A stretch of 64,000 bases of DNA from the human T2T-CHM13v2.0 reference genome, Homo sapiens. Positions 40,121-52,683 of this stretch are shown here, piece after piece; positions within the stretch are counted from its first letter, which is position 1, and every line of letters starts with the position of its first letter. The stretch lies in the NCBI RefSeq assembly GCF_009914755.1, contig NC_060937.1. One strand, written 5' to 3'. The notes under the pieces are model-generated. The model had not been told where the DNA came from. It saw only the letters and a list, made by a program, of their open reading frames with translations, and made no database searches. A program made the position numbers and the translations under genes.

Positions 40121-42212
40121 TGTATTAGTCTGTTCTCACACTGCTAATAAAGAAGTACCTGAGACTGGGTAATTTATAAAGAGGTTTAATTGACTCACAC
40201 TTCAGCATGGCTGGGGAGGCCTCAGAAAACTTACCATCACGGTCGAAGGGAAACAAACATGTCCTTCTTCACATGGTGGCAGGAGAGGGAAGAATGAGAG
40301 CTGAGTGAGGGGGGAAGCTCCTTATAAAACCATCAGGTCTCATGAGAACTCACTATCATGAGAATAGTATAAAGGAATTGCCCCCATGATTCAATTACTT
40401 CCCACCAGGTTCCTCCCATGACATGTGGGGATTATGGGATCTACAATTCAAGATGAGACTTGGGTGGAGACAAAGCCAAACCATATCATTCTGCCTCTGG
40501 CCCCTCCCAAATCTCATGTTCTCGCATTTCTAAATACAATCATGCTTTCCCAAAAGTCCCCCAAAGTCTTAATTCATTCCAGCATTAACTCAAAAGTCCA
40601 AGTCCAAAGTCTCACCTGAGACAAGGCAAGTCCCTTCCCACCTGTGAGCCCATAAAATCAAAAGCAAGTTAGATACTTCCTAGATACAATGGAGGTACAG
40701 AAATTGGGTAAATACACTGATTTCAAATGGGAGAAACTGGCCAAAATGAAGACGCTACAGGCCCCACACAAGTTCAAAATCCAGTAAGTCATTCATTAAA
40801 CCTTAAAATTCTAAAATGATCTCCTTTGACTCCATGTTTCATATCCAGGTCACACTGATGCAAGAGGTGGGCTCCTTTGGGCTTAGGCAGCCCCACTTCT
40901 ATAGCTTTGCAGGGTATAGCTCCCATTCTAGCTGCTTTCATGAGCTGGTCTCATGAAAGAGACCAGATTTTCCAGGTGCATGATGCAAGCTGTCATTCGA
41001 CCTACCAGTCTGGGGTCAGGAGGATGGTGGCCGTCTTCTCTCATCTCCACTTAGCAGTGCCCCAGTGGGGGACTCTGTGTGGAGCCTCTGACCCCACATT
41101 GGTTATCCATGAGGGCCTCACCCCTGCAGCAGACTTCTGCCTGGACATGGAAGCATTTCCATACATTCTCTGAAATCTAGGAGGAGGTTTCCAAACCTCA
41201 ATTCTTGACTTCTGTGCACTTGCAGGCTCAGTACCATGTGCATGCTGTCAAGACTTGGGGCTTTCAGCCTCTGAAGCCATGGCCTGAGCTGTACCTTAGT
41301 CTATTTTAGCCACAGCTGGAGTGGCTAGGATGCAGGATACCAAGCCCCTAGGCTGCACACAGCACTGGGGCCCTGGGCCCAGCCCAGAAAACCATTTTTT
41401 CATCCTACATCTCCAGGCCTGTAATTAGTCAGGCTCCCATGAAGGTCTCTGACCTGACTTGGAGACATTTCTTCCATTGTCTTGTAGAGTAGCATTTGGC
41501 TTCTCGTTACTTATGCAAATTTCTACAGTAGGTTCAAATTTCTCCCTACTGCATCATCAGGCTGCAAATTTGTTAAGCTTTTATTCTCTGCCTCCTCTTG
41601 AACGCTTTGCTGATTAGAAATTTCTTCTGCTTGATACCCTAAATCATCTCTCTCATGGTCAAAGTCCCACAGATCTCTAGGGCAGGGGCAAAATGCTGTC
41701 AATCTCTTTACATAGCAAAAGTGACCTTTACTCCAATTCCCAACAAGTTCCTCATCTCTATCTGAGACCACCTCAGCCTGGACTTTATAGTCCATATTAC
41801 TTTCAGCATTTTGGTCAAAGCCATTCCACAAGACTCTAGGAAGTTACAAACTTTCCCACATCTTCCTGTTGTCTGAGCCCTCCAAGATGGTAGGAAGTTA
41901 CAAACTTTCTCACATTTTCCTGTCTTTTTCTGAGCCCTCCAAACTGTTCCAATTTCTACTTGTTACCTAATTCCAAAGTTGCTTCCACATTTTCAAATAC
42001 CTTTACAAGAGCGACCCACTACCTGGTACAAATTTACTGTATTAGTTTGTTCTTGTGCTGCTAATAAAGACATACCTGAGACTGCGTAATTCCAGAGATT
42101 TAAATGACTCCCAGTTTAGCATGACTGGGGAGGCCTCATAAATTTTACAATCATGGCAGAAGGCAAAAGGGAAGCAAGACATGCCTTCACATGGCCAGAT
42201 CAGGAGGAAGGC
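40121..42212 (-). mobile_element. THE1 (THE1C-like) MaLR: LTR 40121-40488, internal 40489-42037, truncated LTR 42038-42212
   Basis: tgtattagtc...gccaaaccatatca LTR; THE1-int ORF relics (WSKGHFCY, CPCPRDLWDF). Confidence 0.92.
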
Positions 42213-42419
42213 AGCTTTCCTATATACCAACAAGAGCAAAAGTGAGAGCCAAATCAGAAAAGCAATCCTGTTCACAATTACCACAAAAAGAATAAAATAT
42301 CCATAAATACAGCTAACTAGGGAGATGAAAGTTCTCTACAATGAGAAATACAAAACACTGCTCAAAGAAACCAGAGAAGACACAAACAAATGGAAAAAAT
42401 GTTCCATGTTCACGAATGG

Positions 42420-43169
42420 TATATTAGTCCATTTTCACACCACTATAAAGAACTTGGGACTGGGTAATTTATAAATAAAATGAGTTTAATTGACTCGCAG
42501 TTCTGCATATAACTGAATGTTTTCAGGATCAGCCAGGTCACATCTTGAATGCTTTGCTGCTTAGAAATATCTTCCGCCAGATACCCTAAATAATCTCTCT
42601 CAAGTTCAAAGTTCCACAGATCTCTAGGACAGGGGCAAATGCCACCAGTCTCTGAGACCACCTCAGCCTGAGCTGCACTGGCCATATCACTATCAGCCTT
42701 TTGGTCAAAACCATTCAACAAGGCTCTCGGAAGTTCCAAACTTTTCCACATCTTTCTGTCTTCTCCTGAGCCCTTCAAATTGTTCCAAATTCTGCCTGTT
42801 ACCCAGTTCCAAAGTTGCTTCCACATTTTCAGTTTATCTTTGTAGCAGTACCCAACTCTCAGTATCAATTATCTGTATTAGTCTGTTCTCACACTGTTAT
42901 AAATATACCACTTGAGACTGGGTAATTAATAAAGAGAGGAGGTTTAACTGACTGACAGTTCTGCGTGATTGGGCAGTCTCAGGAAACTTATAATCGTGGA
43001 GCAAGGCAAAGGTGAAACAGGCATCTTGTTCGCTCAATGCTATTCCAATCAAACCAGGTGGGACCTGGTTCACCCTCAACATGTGGGGATTACCAGCTCC
43101 CTCCCTGAACATGTGGGGATTACAATTTGAAATGACATTTGGGTAGGGACACAGAGCCAAACCATGTCA
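42420..43169 (-). mobile_element. Internally deleted MSTA/THE1D-like MaLR inside the L1
   Basis: LTR stub 42420-42508; internal remnant; LTR 42874-43169; L1 text continuous across it. Confidence 0.85.
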
Positions 43170-44052
43170 AACAGGAAAAATCAATTTCATTCAAATGGCC
43201 ATACTGCCCAAAGCAATTTTCTAGCTCAATGGTATTCCTATCAATTTACTAATGACATTCTTCACAGAACCAGAAAAAAAATATATTTTAAAATTCATAA
43301 GGAACCAAAAAAGAATCAGAATAGCTGAGGTAATACTAAGCCAAAAGAACAAAGCTGGAAGCAGCATGTTACCCAACTTCCATCTATACTACAGGGCTAC
43401 AGTAAGCAAAAAAAAAAAGCATGGTACTTGTATAAAAACAGGCACATAAACAAATGGAACAGAATACAGAGCCCAGAAATAAGGTCACACTTCTATGACC
43501 ATCTGATCTTCCTCAACGAAGCTGACAAAAACAAGCAATAGAGAAAATACTAATAATTGATGCTGGGCCATATGCAGAAGATTGAAGCTGGACCCCTTCC
43601 TCACACAATATACAAATATACAAAAATGAACTCACGATGGATTAAAGACTTAAATGTAAAAACTAAAACAATAAAAATCCAGGACGACAACCAAGATAAT
43701 ACCATCTTGGACATAGGGACAGGCAAAGATTCCATGACAAAGATGCCAAAAGCAATTTCAATAAAAGCAAAAATTTTTAAGTGGGAGGGATCTAATTAAA
43801 CTTAAGAGCTTCTTCACAGCAAAAGAAACTATAAACAAACCACCTACAGAATAGGAGAAAATATTTGCAAGCTATGCATCTGACAAAGGTCTAATACCCA
43901 GCATCTATAAGGAATTTAAAGAAATGTATAAGATTAAAACAAACAACCTTATTAAAAAGTGGGCAAATGACATGAACAGACACTTCTCAAAAGAAGACAT
44001 ACATGTGGCTAAGAAGCATTTGAAACATCTCAGTATCATTGAATGGCTACTA

Positions 44053-44287
44053 CGAGGCGGGAGGATCCCTTGAGGTCAGAAGTTCAAAAACCAGCCTAGA
44101 CAACATGGTGAAACCCCATCTCTACTAAAAATACAAAAAATTAGCCGGACGTGTTGGTGGGTGCCTATAACCCCAGCTACTCGGGAGGCTGAGGCAGGAG
44201 AATTGTTTAAACCTGGGAGGCAAGGTTGCAGCAAGCCAAGATTGTGCCACTGCACTCCAGCCTGGGTGACAGAGAGAGGCTCCATCT

Positions 44288-44320
<33 letters not shown>
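44053..44320 (+). mobile_element. AluS, 5'-truncated, long A-tail
   Basis: Alu body from cgaggcggg; ~30 A. Confidence 0.9.
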
Positions 44321-45071
44321 AAAGGAAAAAGTGCTAGCAAGGTTGTGGAGAAAAGGGAACACTTATAAACTGTTGATGGGAGTGTATATTAAGTCAACCA
44401 TTGTGGTAAGCAGCATGGAGATTCCTCAAAGAGCTAAAATGAGAACTATCATTTGATCCAGCAATCCCATTACTGGGTATACTTCATATACCCTGAGGAA
44501 TATAAATCATTCTACCATAAAGACGCATGTACCTGAATGTTCACTGAAGCACTATTCACAATAGCAAACACATGGAATCAATCTAAATGACCGTCCATGA
44601 CAGATTGGATAAAGAAAATGTGGTACATATACACCAGGAAATACTATGCAGCCATAAAAAAGAATTAGATTACATCTTTTGCAGGAACATGGATGGCACT
44701 GGAGGCCATATCTTTAGCAAACTAACACCGGAGCAGAAAACCAAATACCATGTGTTTTCACTTATAAGTGGGAGCAAAATGATAACTTAAGAACACAAAA
44801 TAGGAAACAACCAACACTGGCTTCTACTTGAGGGTGGAGTGTGGGAGGAGAGAGAGAAGCAGAAAAGATAAAAATTGGATACTGGGTTATGACCTGGGTA
44901 ATGAAATAATCTATCCAAAAACCACTGTGACACAAGTTTACCTTTGTAGCAAACCTTCATGTGTACCTCCAAAACTAAAATAAAAGCTTAAAAAAAGGGA
45001 ATGTATTTAACACTACCAAACTGTAAACTTAAACATGGTTAAGATGGCAAATTTTGTGTGATGTGTACTTA

Positions 45072-45368
<297 letters not shown>

Positions 45369-45369
45369 T

Positions 45370-45990
45370 CCTCTTTCTTTCCTCCTTTCTTTCTTTCTTT
45401 TTCTTTCTCTCTCTCTTTCTCTCTCTTTCCTTCTTTCTTCCTCTCTCTTTCTCCTTTTCCTTCCTTCCTTCTTTTCTTTTCTTTTTTCTTTTTTTTTGTA
45501 TTCCTTTTAAACATTTCAGTTAGTTTGGGGGAACAGGTGGTATTTGGTTACATGGAATAATTATTGAGATGTTGGTGCACCTGTCACCTGAGCAGAATAT
45601 ACTGTATCTAATATGTAGTCTTTTATCCCTCACCTCCCACCATTCCCCCTGAGTCCCCAAAGTCCATTATATCATTCTTATGGCTTTGCATCCTCATAGC
45701 TTAGCTCCCACTTATAAGTGAGAACATACCATGTTTGGTTTTCCATTCTTGAGTTACTTCACTTAGAATAAAGGTCTCTAACTCCATCCAGGTGGCTGTG
45801 AATGACATTATTTCATTCCTTTCTATGGCTAAGTCATATTCCACTATATATATATTATTTTCTTACCTATTTGTTGGTTGATAAGCATTTAGGCTGGTTC
45901 CATATTTTTGCAGTGTGAAGTGTGCTGCTATAAACATGCGTGTTCAAGTGTCTTTTTTCATATAATGACTTCTTTTCCTTTGGATAGATA
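45370..45990 (-). mobile_element. L1PB1-like 3' end with CT-rich expanded tail (45370-45500)
   Basis: ttgggggaacaggtggtatttggttacatg diagnostic 3' end. Confidence 0.85.
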
Positions 45991-46039
45991 CACTCATCCT
46001 TCTTGAGAGTGCTTTCTAAGAATTAAACAGGGATTAAGT

Positions 46040-46680
46040 GTTGTGACCTAGGCCTGTGGTCACTGCAGCTGTTTCAGCACTAGGGGATACCCTAAGCCCA
46101 GGGAAACTATAACTCTTGCAAGCTCCTGGATATGCAGCCTTGGTGAACTTGGGAGCAATAAAAAATTCCCTGGGTTACCAGTGAAGGTCTCTTACTCTCT
46201 TTGCTCTTTTCCTCCTTCCAGAAAGAGTCTCTGTGTTTGGCTGCCTGAAGATCGGGTAGGGGTGACATGAATAATCCTATGGCCACCACAGCTAGCACTG
46301 CACTGTGTCTCACCTCATGCCTATGACCTTCCGGACCAGCATAACAGTGGGGCTTGCCTAAGACCTGTGGCAACTACTGCCTGGCTGCCTCTGACATGTA
46401 TTCAAGGCCCAAGGTCACTTAAGTCAGTCTGTAGTGAATCCTACATGGATTGACCATCACATCACAGAAGTGGATTCTTTCATGGCCCAGGTTGGGTATA
46501 AAAGCATCATCCAAGAGAATAGGCCTGAAACTGGGGGCTTCCAGAATCTGTCTGGTGTTTTGTTTTCCTGTGGGTGAGCTGGTACACAAAGTACAAGACA
46601 AAGGCCTCTGTACTCTTCCTTCTCCTTTCCCCAAGCAGAAAGAATCTGTCCTGGGTCTGGATTGCCTGGAGTCCAGCTTT
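46040..46680. mobile_element. Old L1 5'UTR fragments
   Basis: cagcactaggggatacc, ggggcttgcctaag, caaggcccaagg motifs of L1M/L1PB 5' regions. Confidence 0.55.
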
Positions 46681-47254
46681 CTAAATCTCTTAGGGATTTA
46701 GAAATAAACAAAAAAACATGTCTTTCCTAATTTTTAAAAGTTGTCATGCTTTCTCTTCCTTGCTTATTACAGAGCTCTGCAGCAGTCACTTAATTTGCAG
46801 TTGACCATTTGGTAGGAAGTATTTTGGCCCAGTGGTGTAGCCTCTCTCTCCCATCCACAAAGAGTGGCACAGTCCAGAGGGCTCCTGCTATTCATCAAAC
46901 AGGCTCTGCTTTTAGACTCAGTTTTTAGAGCCACCCCATGGGGAAGAGCAATTGTTCATCGTGGTCCCAAGGGAAGGCATCAGTTTGGCTGTGACGGTCC
47001 CTGAATTGCATGCATAATTGTTCCAGGGGAAGTATTATAGGACCAATGAAAAGAAATCTGTGCTGTATTATTTTGTAGCTTTCAACTGGTTGGATATAAA
47101 ACAAAACAAAAAATAAATTACGTACTTGATGCAAAATTAGAGCATTTAACATTTCTATTTCTTTTAGACATTTTAATCTGTTCTTCCATGAGGACAGTTA
47201 ATGGTTGTCTAAAAGCTTTTGCCACTTTATAACTGCATTTTAAGATGCCTATTT

Positions 47255-49052
47255 TCTTTTTCTTTTTTTGATTTCCAACTTTTATTTTAAGTTCAGGGGT
47301 ACATGTGCAGAATGTGCAGGTTTGCGACACAGGTAAATGTGTGCCATGGTGTTTTGCTGCAAAGATCATCCCATCACCTATGTATTAAGCCCAGCATCCA
47401 TTAGTTGTTCTTCCTAATGCTCTCCTTGCTTCCACCCCTCACCCTCCAACAGGCCCCAGTGTGTGTTGTTCCCCACCCCCAAGTGGCCCATGTTTTCTCA
47501 TCATTCAGCTCTCACTTAAAAGTGAGAACATTTGGTATTTAGTTTTTTGTTCCTGAGTTAGTTTGCTGAGGATAATGGCTTCCAGCTTCATCTATGTCCC
47601 TGCAAAGGACATGATTGTGTTCCTTTTTATGGCTGCATAGTATTCCATGGTGTGTATGTACCACATTTTCTTTATCCAGTCTATCAGTGATGGGCTTATA
47701 GGTTGATTCCATGTCTTTGCTATTGTGACTAGTGTTGCCCTGAACATGTGTGTGCATGTGTTTTTGTAGTAGAACAATTTATATTCTTTTGGGTGTATAT
47801 CTAGTAATGAGATTGCTGGGTTGAATAGTATTTCTGTTTTTAGGTCTTTGAGGAATTGACACACTGTTTTCCACAATGGTTGAACTAATTTACACTCTCA
47901 TCAACTGTGTAAAAGCATTCCTTTTTCTCCACTACCTCACCAGCATCTGTTGTTTTCTGACTTTTTAATAATAGTTATTCTGCTGGTGTGAGATGCTTTC
48001 TCATTGTGGTTTTGATTTGCATTTCTCTAATGATCTGTGATGTTGAGCTTTTTTTTTTTTTCATTTGTTTGTTGGCCACATGTATGTCTTGTTTTGAGGA
48101 GTGTCTCTTCATGTCTTTTGCCCACTTTTAATGGAGTTATTTGTTTTTTTTCTTTGTAAATTTGTTTAAGTTCCTTGTAGATGCTGGATATTAGACCTTT
48201 GTCAGATTGATAGGTTGTAAAAGTTTTCTCCCATTCTGTAGGTTGTCTGTTTACTCTGATGATAGTTTCTTTTGCTGTGCAGAAGCCCTTTAGTTTAATT
48301 AGATCCCATTTGTCAATTTTGACTTTTGTTGCAATTGTTTTTGACATCTTCATCATGAAATCTTTGCCTGTGCTTATGTTCTGAATGGTATTGCCTAGGT
48401 TTTCTTCTAGGGTTTTTAGGTTTTTATAGTTTTAGGGTCTTTTTTTTTTTTTTTTTTTTTTTGACGGAGTTTCGCTCTTGTTGCCCAGGCTGGAGTGCAG
48501 TGGCATGATCTCGGCTCACCGCAACCTCCACCTCCCAGGTTAAGCAATTCTCCTGCCTCAGCCTCCCCAGTAGCTGGGATTACAGGCGCCTGCCACCACA
48601 CCTGGCTAATTTTGTATTTTTTTTAGTAGAGACGGGGTTTCTCCATATTAGTCAGGCTGGTCTTGAACTCCCGACCTCAGGTGATCTGTATTTAAGTCTT
48701 TAATCCATCTTGAGTTGATTTTTGTATATGGTGAAAGGAAGGGGTCCAGTTTCAATTTTCTGCATATAGCTTGCCAGTTCTCTAAGCACCATTTATTAAG
48801 TAGGAAATCCTCTCCTGATTGCTTGTTGTTTTCAGGTTTGTCAAATATTGGATGGTTGTAGGTGTGCAGTCTCATTTCTGAGTTCTCTATTCTGTTCCCT
48901 TGGTCTATGTGTCTATTCTTGTAATAGTACCATGCTGTTTTGATTACTGTAGAATTGTAGTACAGGTTGAAGTCAGGTAGCATGATACCTCCAGCTTTGT
49001 TCTTTTAGCTTAGGATCGTCTTGGCTATTCAGGATTTTTTTTAGTTCCATGT
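47255..49052 (-). mobile_element. L1PA (PA8-PA11-like) 3' ~1.5 kb
   Basis: ORF2 relics 47592-47876, 48027-48356 and 48648-48983 ([28 protein letters not shown]). Confidence 0.92.
48440..48688 (-). mobile_element. AluSp-like, 5' part missing
   Basis: gtttcgctcttgttgcccagg, ctcaccgcaacctcc, gtttctccat diagnostics. Confidence 0.88.
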
Positions 49053-49580
49053 AGAAAACAAAATGTGGAACTACAAACCAAAGTTACAATAATACTACAT
49101 TTAGATTAAGAATTGATTGTTTTCCTTTAATGTACAAGTATTTTAAATCATTCAGATAACAAAAAGTAGAATTACAAACCAGTGTTACAATAATACTAGG
49201 TTTTATAACTACTCATGTATTTACATGTGTTGAGATTTTTATTTCTTCATATGGCTTCAGTTTACTGTCTAGTGTCTTTCCCTTTCACATTGAAGGACTC
49301 CCTTGAGCATTTTTTACAGAGCGGATACCTAGTGATAATGACTCACTCAGATTTTGTTTATCTGAAATTTCTTCCTTACTTTTGAAGGACACTTTGCCAG
49401 ACATAGGAACTTTGGTTGACAGTTTTCTTCATTTAGCTTTTAAATATATTGGCCCACTGTTTTATTACTTCTAGCGTTCTGATGAAAAACTGTTTAAAAT
49501 CTTATTGAGAATCCCTTATATGTGGCTCGTCATTTCTCTCTTGCTGCTTTCAAATTTCCCTCTGTCTTTCAAACTTTTGA

Positions 49581-49879
49581 TTTTTTTTTTTTTTTTTTGA
49601 GATGGAATCTCACTCTGTTGCCCAGGCTGGAGTGCAGTGGCGTGAGCTTGACTCACTGCAACCTCTGCCTCCCAGGTTCAAGTGATCTCCTGTCTCAGGC
49701 TCCTGAGTGGCTGGGATTACAGGAGTGCATCATCACGCCCAGATAATTTTTGTATTTTTCACAGAGATAGGGTTTCACTATGTTGTCCCAGTTGGTCTCG
49801 AACCCCTGACCTCAAGTGATCTGCCTGCCTTGGCCTCCTAAAATGCTGGAATTACAGGCATGAGCCACTGTGCCCGGCT
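49581..49879 (-). mobile_element. AluS
   Basis: Full antisense dimer. Confidence 0.9.
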
Positions 49880-52386
49880 TAATAATTATTTCTTAAAGAC
49901 AAGTTTAAACAATTGTGTATATGAGTTTCTAGTTGTTTAATTTGGTGTTCCTGAGGGGAGATAACCACTGGAGGATTCTATTCTGCAATCTTGTTTTGCC
50001 TCATCTCAATAAACATTTGAATCTTTATTACGTTATTTATTATTACTAAATCTTTAATGACTATTGAATTATTTGAATCTTTATTAAAGGTTAAATTACT
50101 TGAATCTTTGTTAGATCCAATGTGGTAACCGTGGAAGTCAGATTTCCCTCATTTCTCCAGGATTTATTTATTTATTTTTTCTTTTTGTTTTTGTATATTG
50201 TTTTTGTGAGTTTTGATTGTTGTGGGCTGTCTCTGTACCAAGGATCAGCCTAAGGTGCAAACTTGATGTCTTCTCAGGTCTTTTCTGAGTCGAAAACTTT
50301 TCCTGGGCATACACAGTCATTTTCTAATTTTCCTCATATAAGCAGTTGCTTTTGAATGTCTTAGTCTTTATTTTTATCTTCCCAAAAGGGGAAAAGATAA
50401 AAATGAAGAGAAGAAAGAATGCAGGCCTTTTAAATCTCCTGGAATTCACTTCAGTTGGAAGAGAAGAGGCTTTCAATAATGGGTATAAATTCAAGACAAT
50501 GTCTGTCCACATATTTTTTTGCATCTCTGTGACCAACAGCTGAAATTAGTGGTCCGAGCACAGCTCCCAGAGAGTAAAGAGCAGGATCCTTTTTGCCCAC
50601 CCTGGCTCCTGCAAGTTGTGTACAGGCTGCTTCAGAAACCTGCACAGCTGTCTGCTATGGGACTAGGGGTGGGGGATGGATAGATTATACTGTGCAAAAC
50701 TTTGTAATTAACCAAAATTAATTATAAATTACCAACCAAGTCTTCCCCTGGATGTGGCAAGACTTCAATAGACTCTAGAACTCCAAAATAGTTATATTAG
50801 ACAGATTTTAACACTGTCATTGTTTGTTTAGATAAGGAGCAAGATCCCTGGTGCTTCCTATGCCTTCATCTTCCCAGAGATCCCTCTTATGTCAATGACA
50901 TTTTGAAAATGTTTTTCTGTTAAGTTCTTTTTAATTTTGAGCTTTTTGAGAAACTTGATTTATTTCAGGAATTTATAGGAGTTCTTTTTCTCTTTTAAGT
51001 GTAACAAAAGACTGGGATCAAACAGGATGATTTCTATCACTTAGTGACATGAGCAAACTTGACTTTTACATTTTTTCCTGAGAGCATTGAATAAAGTCCG
51101 ATATTTTGTATGGCTGTGACCTAAACCAAGTTTCCATGAGCAATCATGTGATAAAGAATAACTCAATGAATTTCTTTTTTCATTTTTAATGCTGTACTAT
51201 TTTATAAATTCTCTTAAAAATAAATTATTTCAGCATACAAAGCACTGGAGTACATGAAAGGCTAATTTTTTCCCTCTACATATATTTTTTCTATGTGCAG
51301 AAATCTGTTGAGAAGGAAAAAACTGTATAATGCCTCATGTTCTTTATTCATTACACACACACAAAACCAAAAATGATTGTTAGTCATGAAATTAACTTAT
51401 TTGTGCAGGGCACATTTAAGCTAATGTAAATCAACATTTTCTAAAGCATATTATCATTACCATTCTCAATAGTTGTAAAGTCCTTTAGAGCTTACAGACT
51501 ATTTGTGTATACAACTCTGGAAGCATCAGCATTCCCAGTTACAGAGAAATTTAAAGGAAAGCTTGTATGGTTAAGGCTATTGTTTAATCCCCCATAGACT
51601 ATTGAGAAAAAAGGCTTAAAGAGGTTAAGTGCTCTTATTAAGAACATGAATCTAATTACAAGACAGACAGCTCTAGAACCTAGAGGTTTTGACTCAGATT
51701 GCTTGTTCTTGCCTTTATTTTGTACCCCTTTGAATACCAAAAATAATTTAAAAAAATACCATTAGAAATACCTTCATTATGGAGAATAAGTATAGTAAAT
51801 ATATATGGGAAATACGTATGCAAAATGCATGTGTGTGTGTAGATACAGATATAGATGGAGATGTAGATATAGATGTACTTTTTGTTTTTTATTTTGTTTT
51901 ATTGTAACTTTAGGTTGCAGGAAACCAGTGATGCTCACATCTGCCCCTATGTATAGCATAAACCTGTTTCCTTTTCTAAATCCACTTTTCCAAGTTCACC
52001 ATGCTAAATCATCATCCCTTTGAAGCTCATGCAAAATCAAACCACTATCAGCATTTGTACTCAGTCTTCTGGTTTTTGTTTGTTTTTTTCATTCTTATCC
52101 ATTCCTTTGCTTTCTCTTTGTTGTTAATTTCTTTCTCCCTCTTTTTCCAATTTCAAACTTAAACTTGTTTGTAACCTCTTTGTATCAGCAATGATGAGGG
52201 AAAAACCAGTTATTTTATTAGAGAAAATTCAGCACACCCCTACTTGATCTGTAGAATATTCTCTAGCTCATATCCTCGCTAATAATTTGAGTATAAAATA
52301 AGGGGAAGTCTTTCGAGTGTGGGCCCAACATAAAGCTCTTGGTCCATTCTTAGTAGGGCACAATGTTTTTAAGATAATGCTTCCCA

Positions 52387-52683
52387 AGCCAGGGTCATAG
52401 CTTGCACCTGTAATCCCAGCTACTCCAGAGGCTAAGGCAGGAAGATTGTTTGAGGCCAGGAGTTCAAGACCAGACAGAGCATCATAGTAAAACCTCATTT
52501 CTAAAATTATTTTTTAAAATTAGTCGGGCATAGTGACATGCACCTGTAGTCCCAGCCACTCCAAAGGATGTGGAAGAAGGATCCCTTGAGCCTAGGAGTT
52601 TGAGGCTGCAGTGAAATGTGATCACTATACTTTGGCCTGGGAAACAGAGTTAGACTCTCTTTCTAAAAAATAATTTTTAAAAA
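52387..52683 (+). mobile_element. AluJ
   Basis: gaggccaggagttcaagacc, gagtttgaggctgcagtg; flanking ataatgctt repeat as TSD. Confidence 0.88.

Larger units (their letters stand above)
42213..44995 (+). mobile_element. L1PA13-like 3' portion, interrupted by a MaLR and an Alu
   Basis: ORF2 relics ([20 protein letters not shown]); 3'UTR; AATAAA and tail. Confidence 0.88.

Noticed and set aside
41836-41945. ~55-bp tandem duplication in THE1-int
   Set aside because: Simple slippage-type duplication, possibly shared by the subfamily; no functional sign.
41523-42868. Two similar ORFs containing CPCPRDLW
   Set aside because: Relics of the known MaLR internal ORF in two separate THE1/MST elements.
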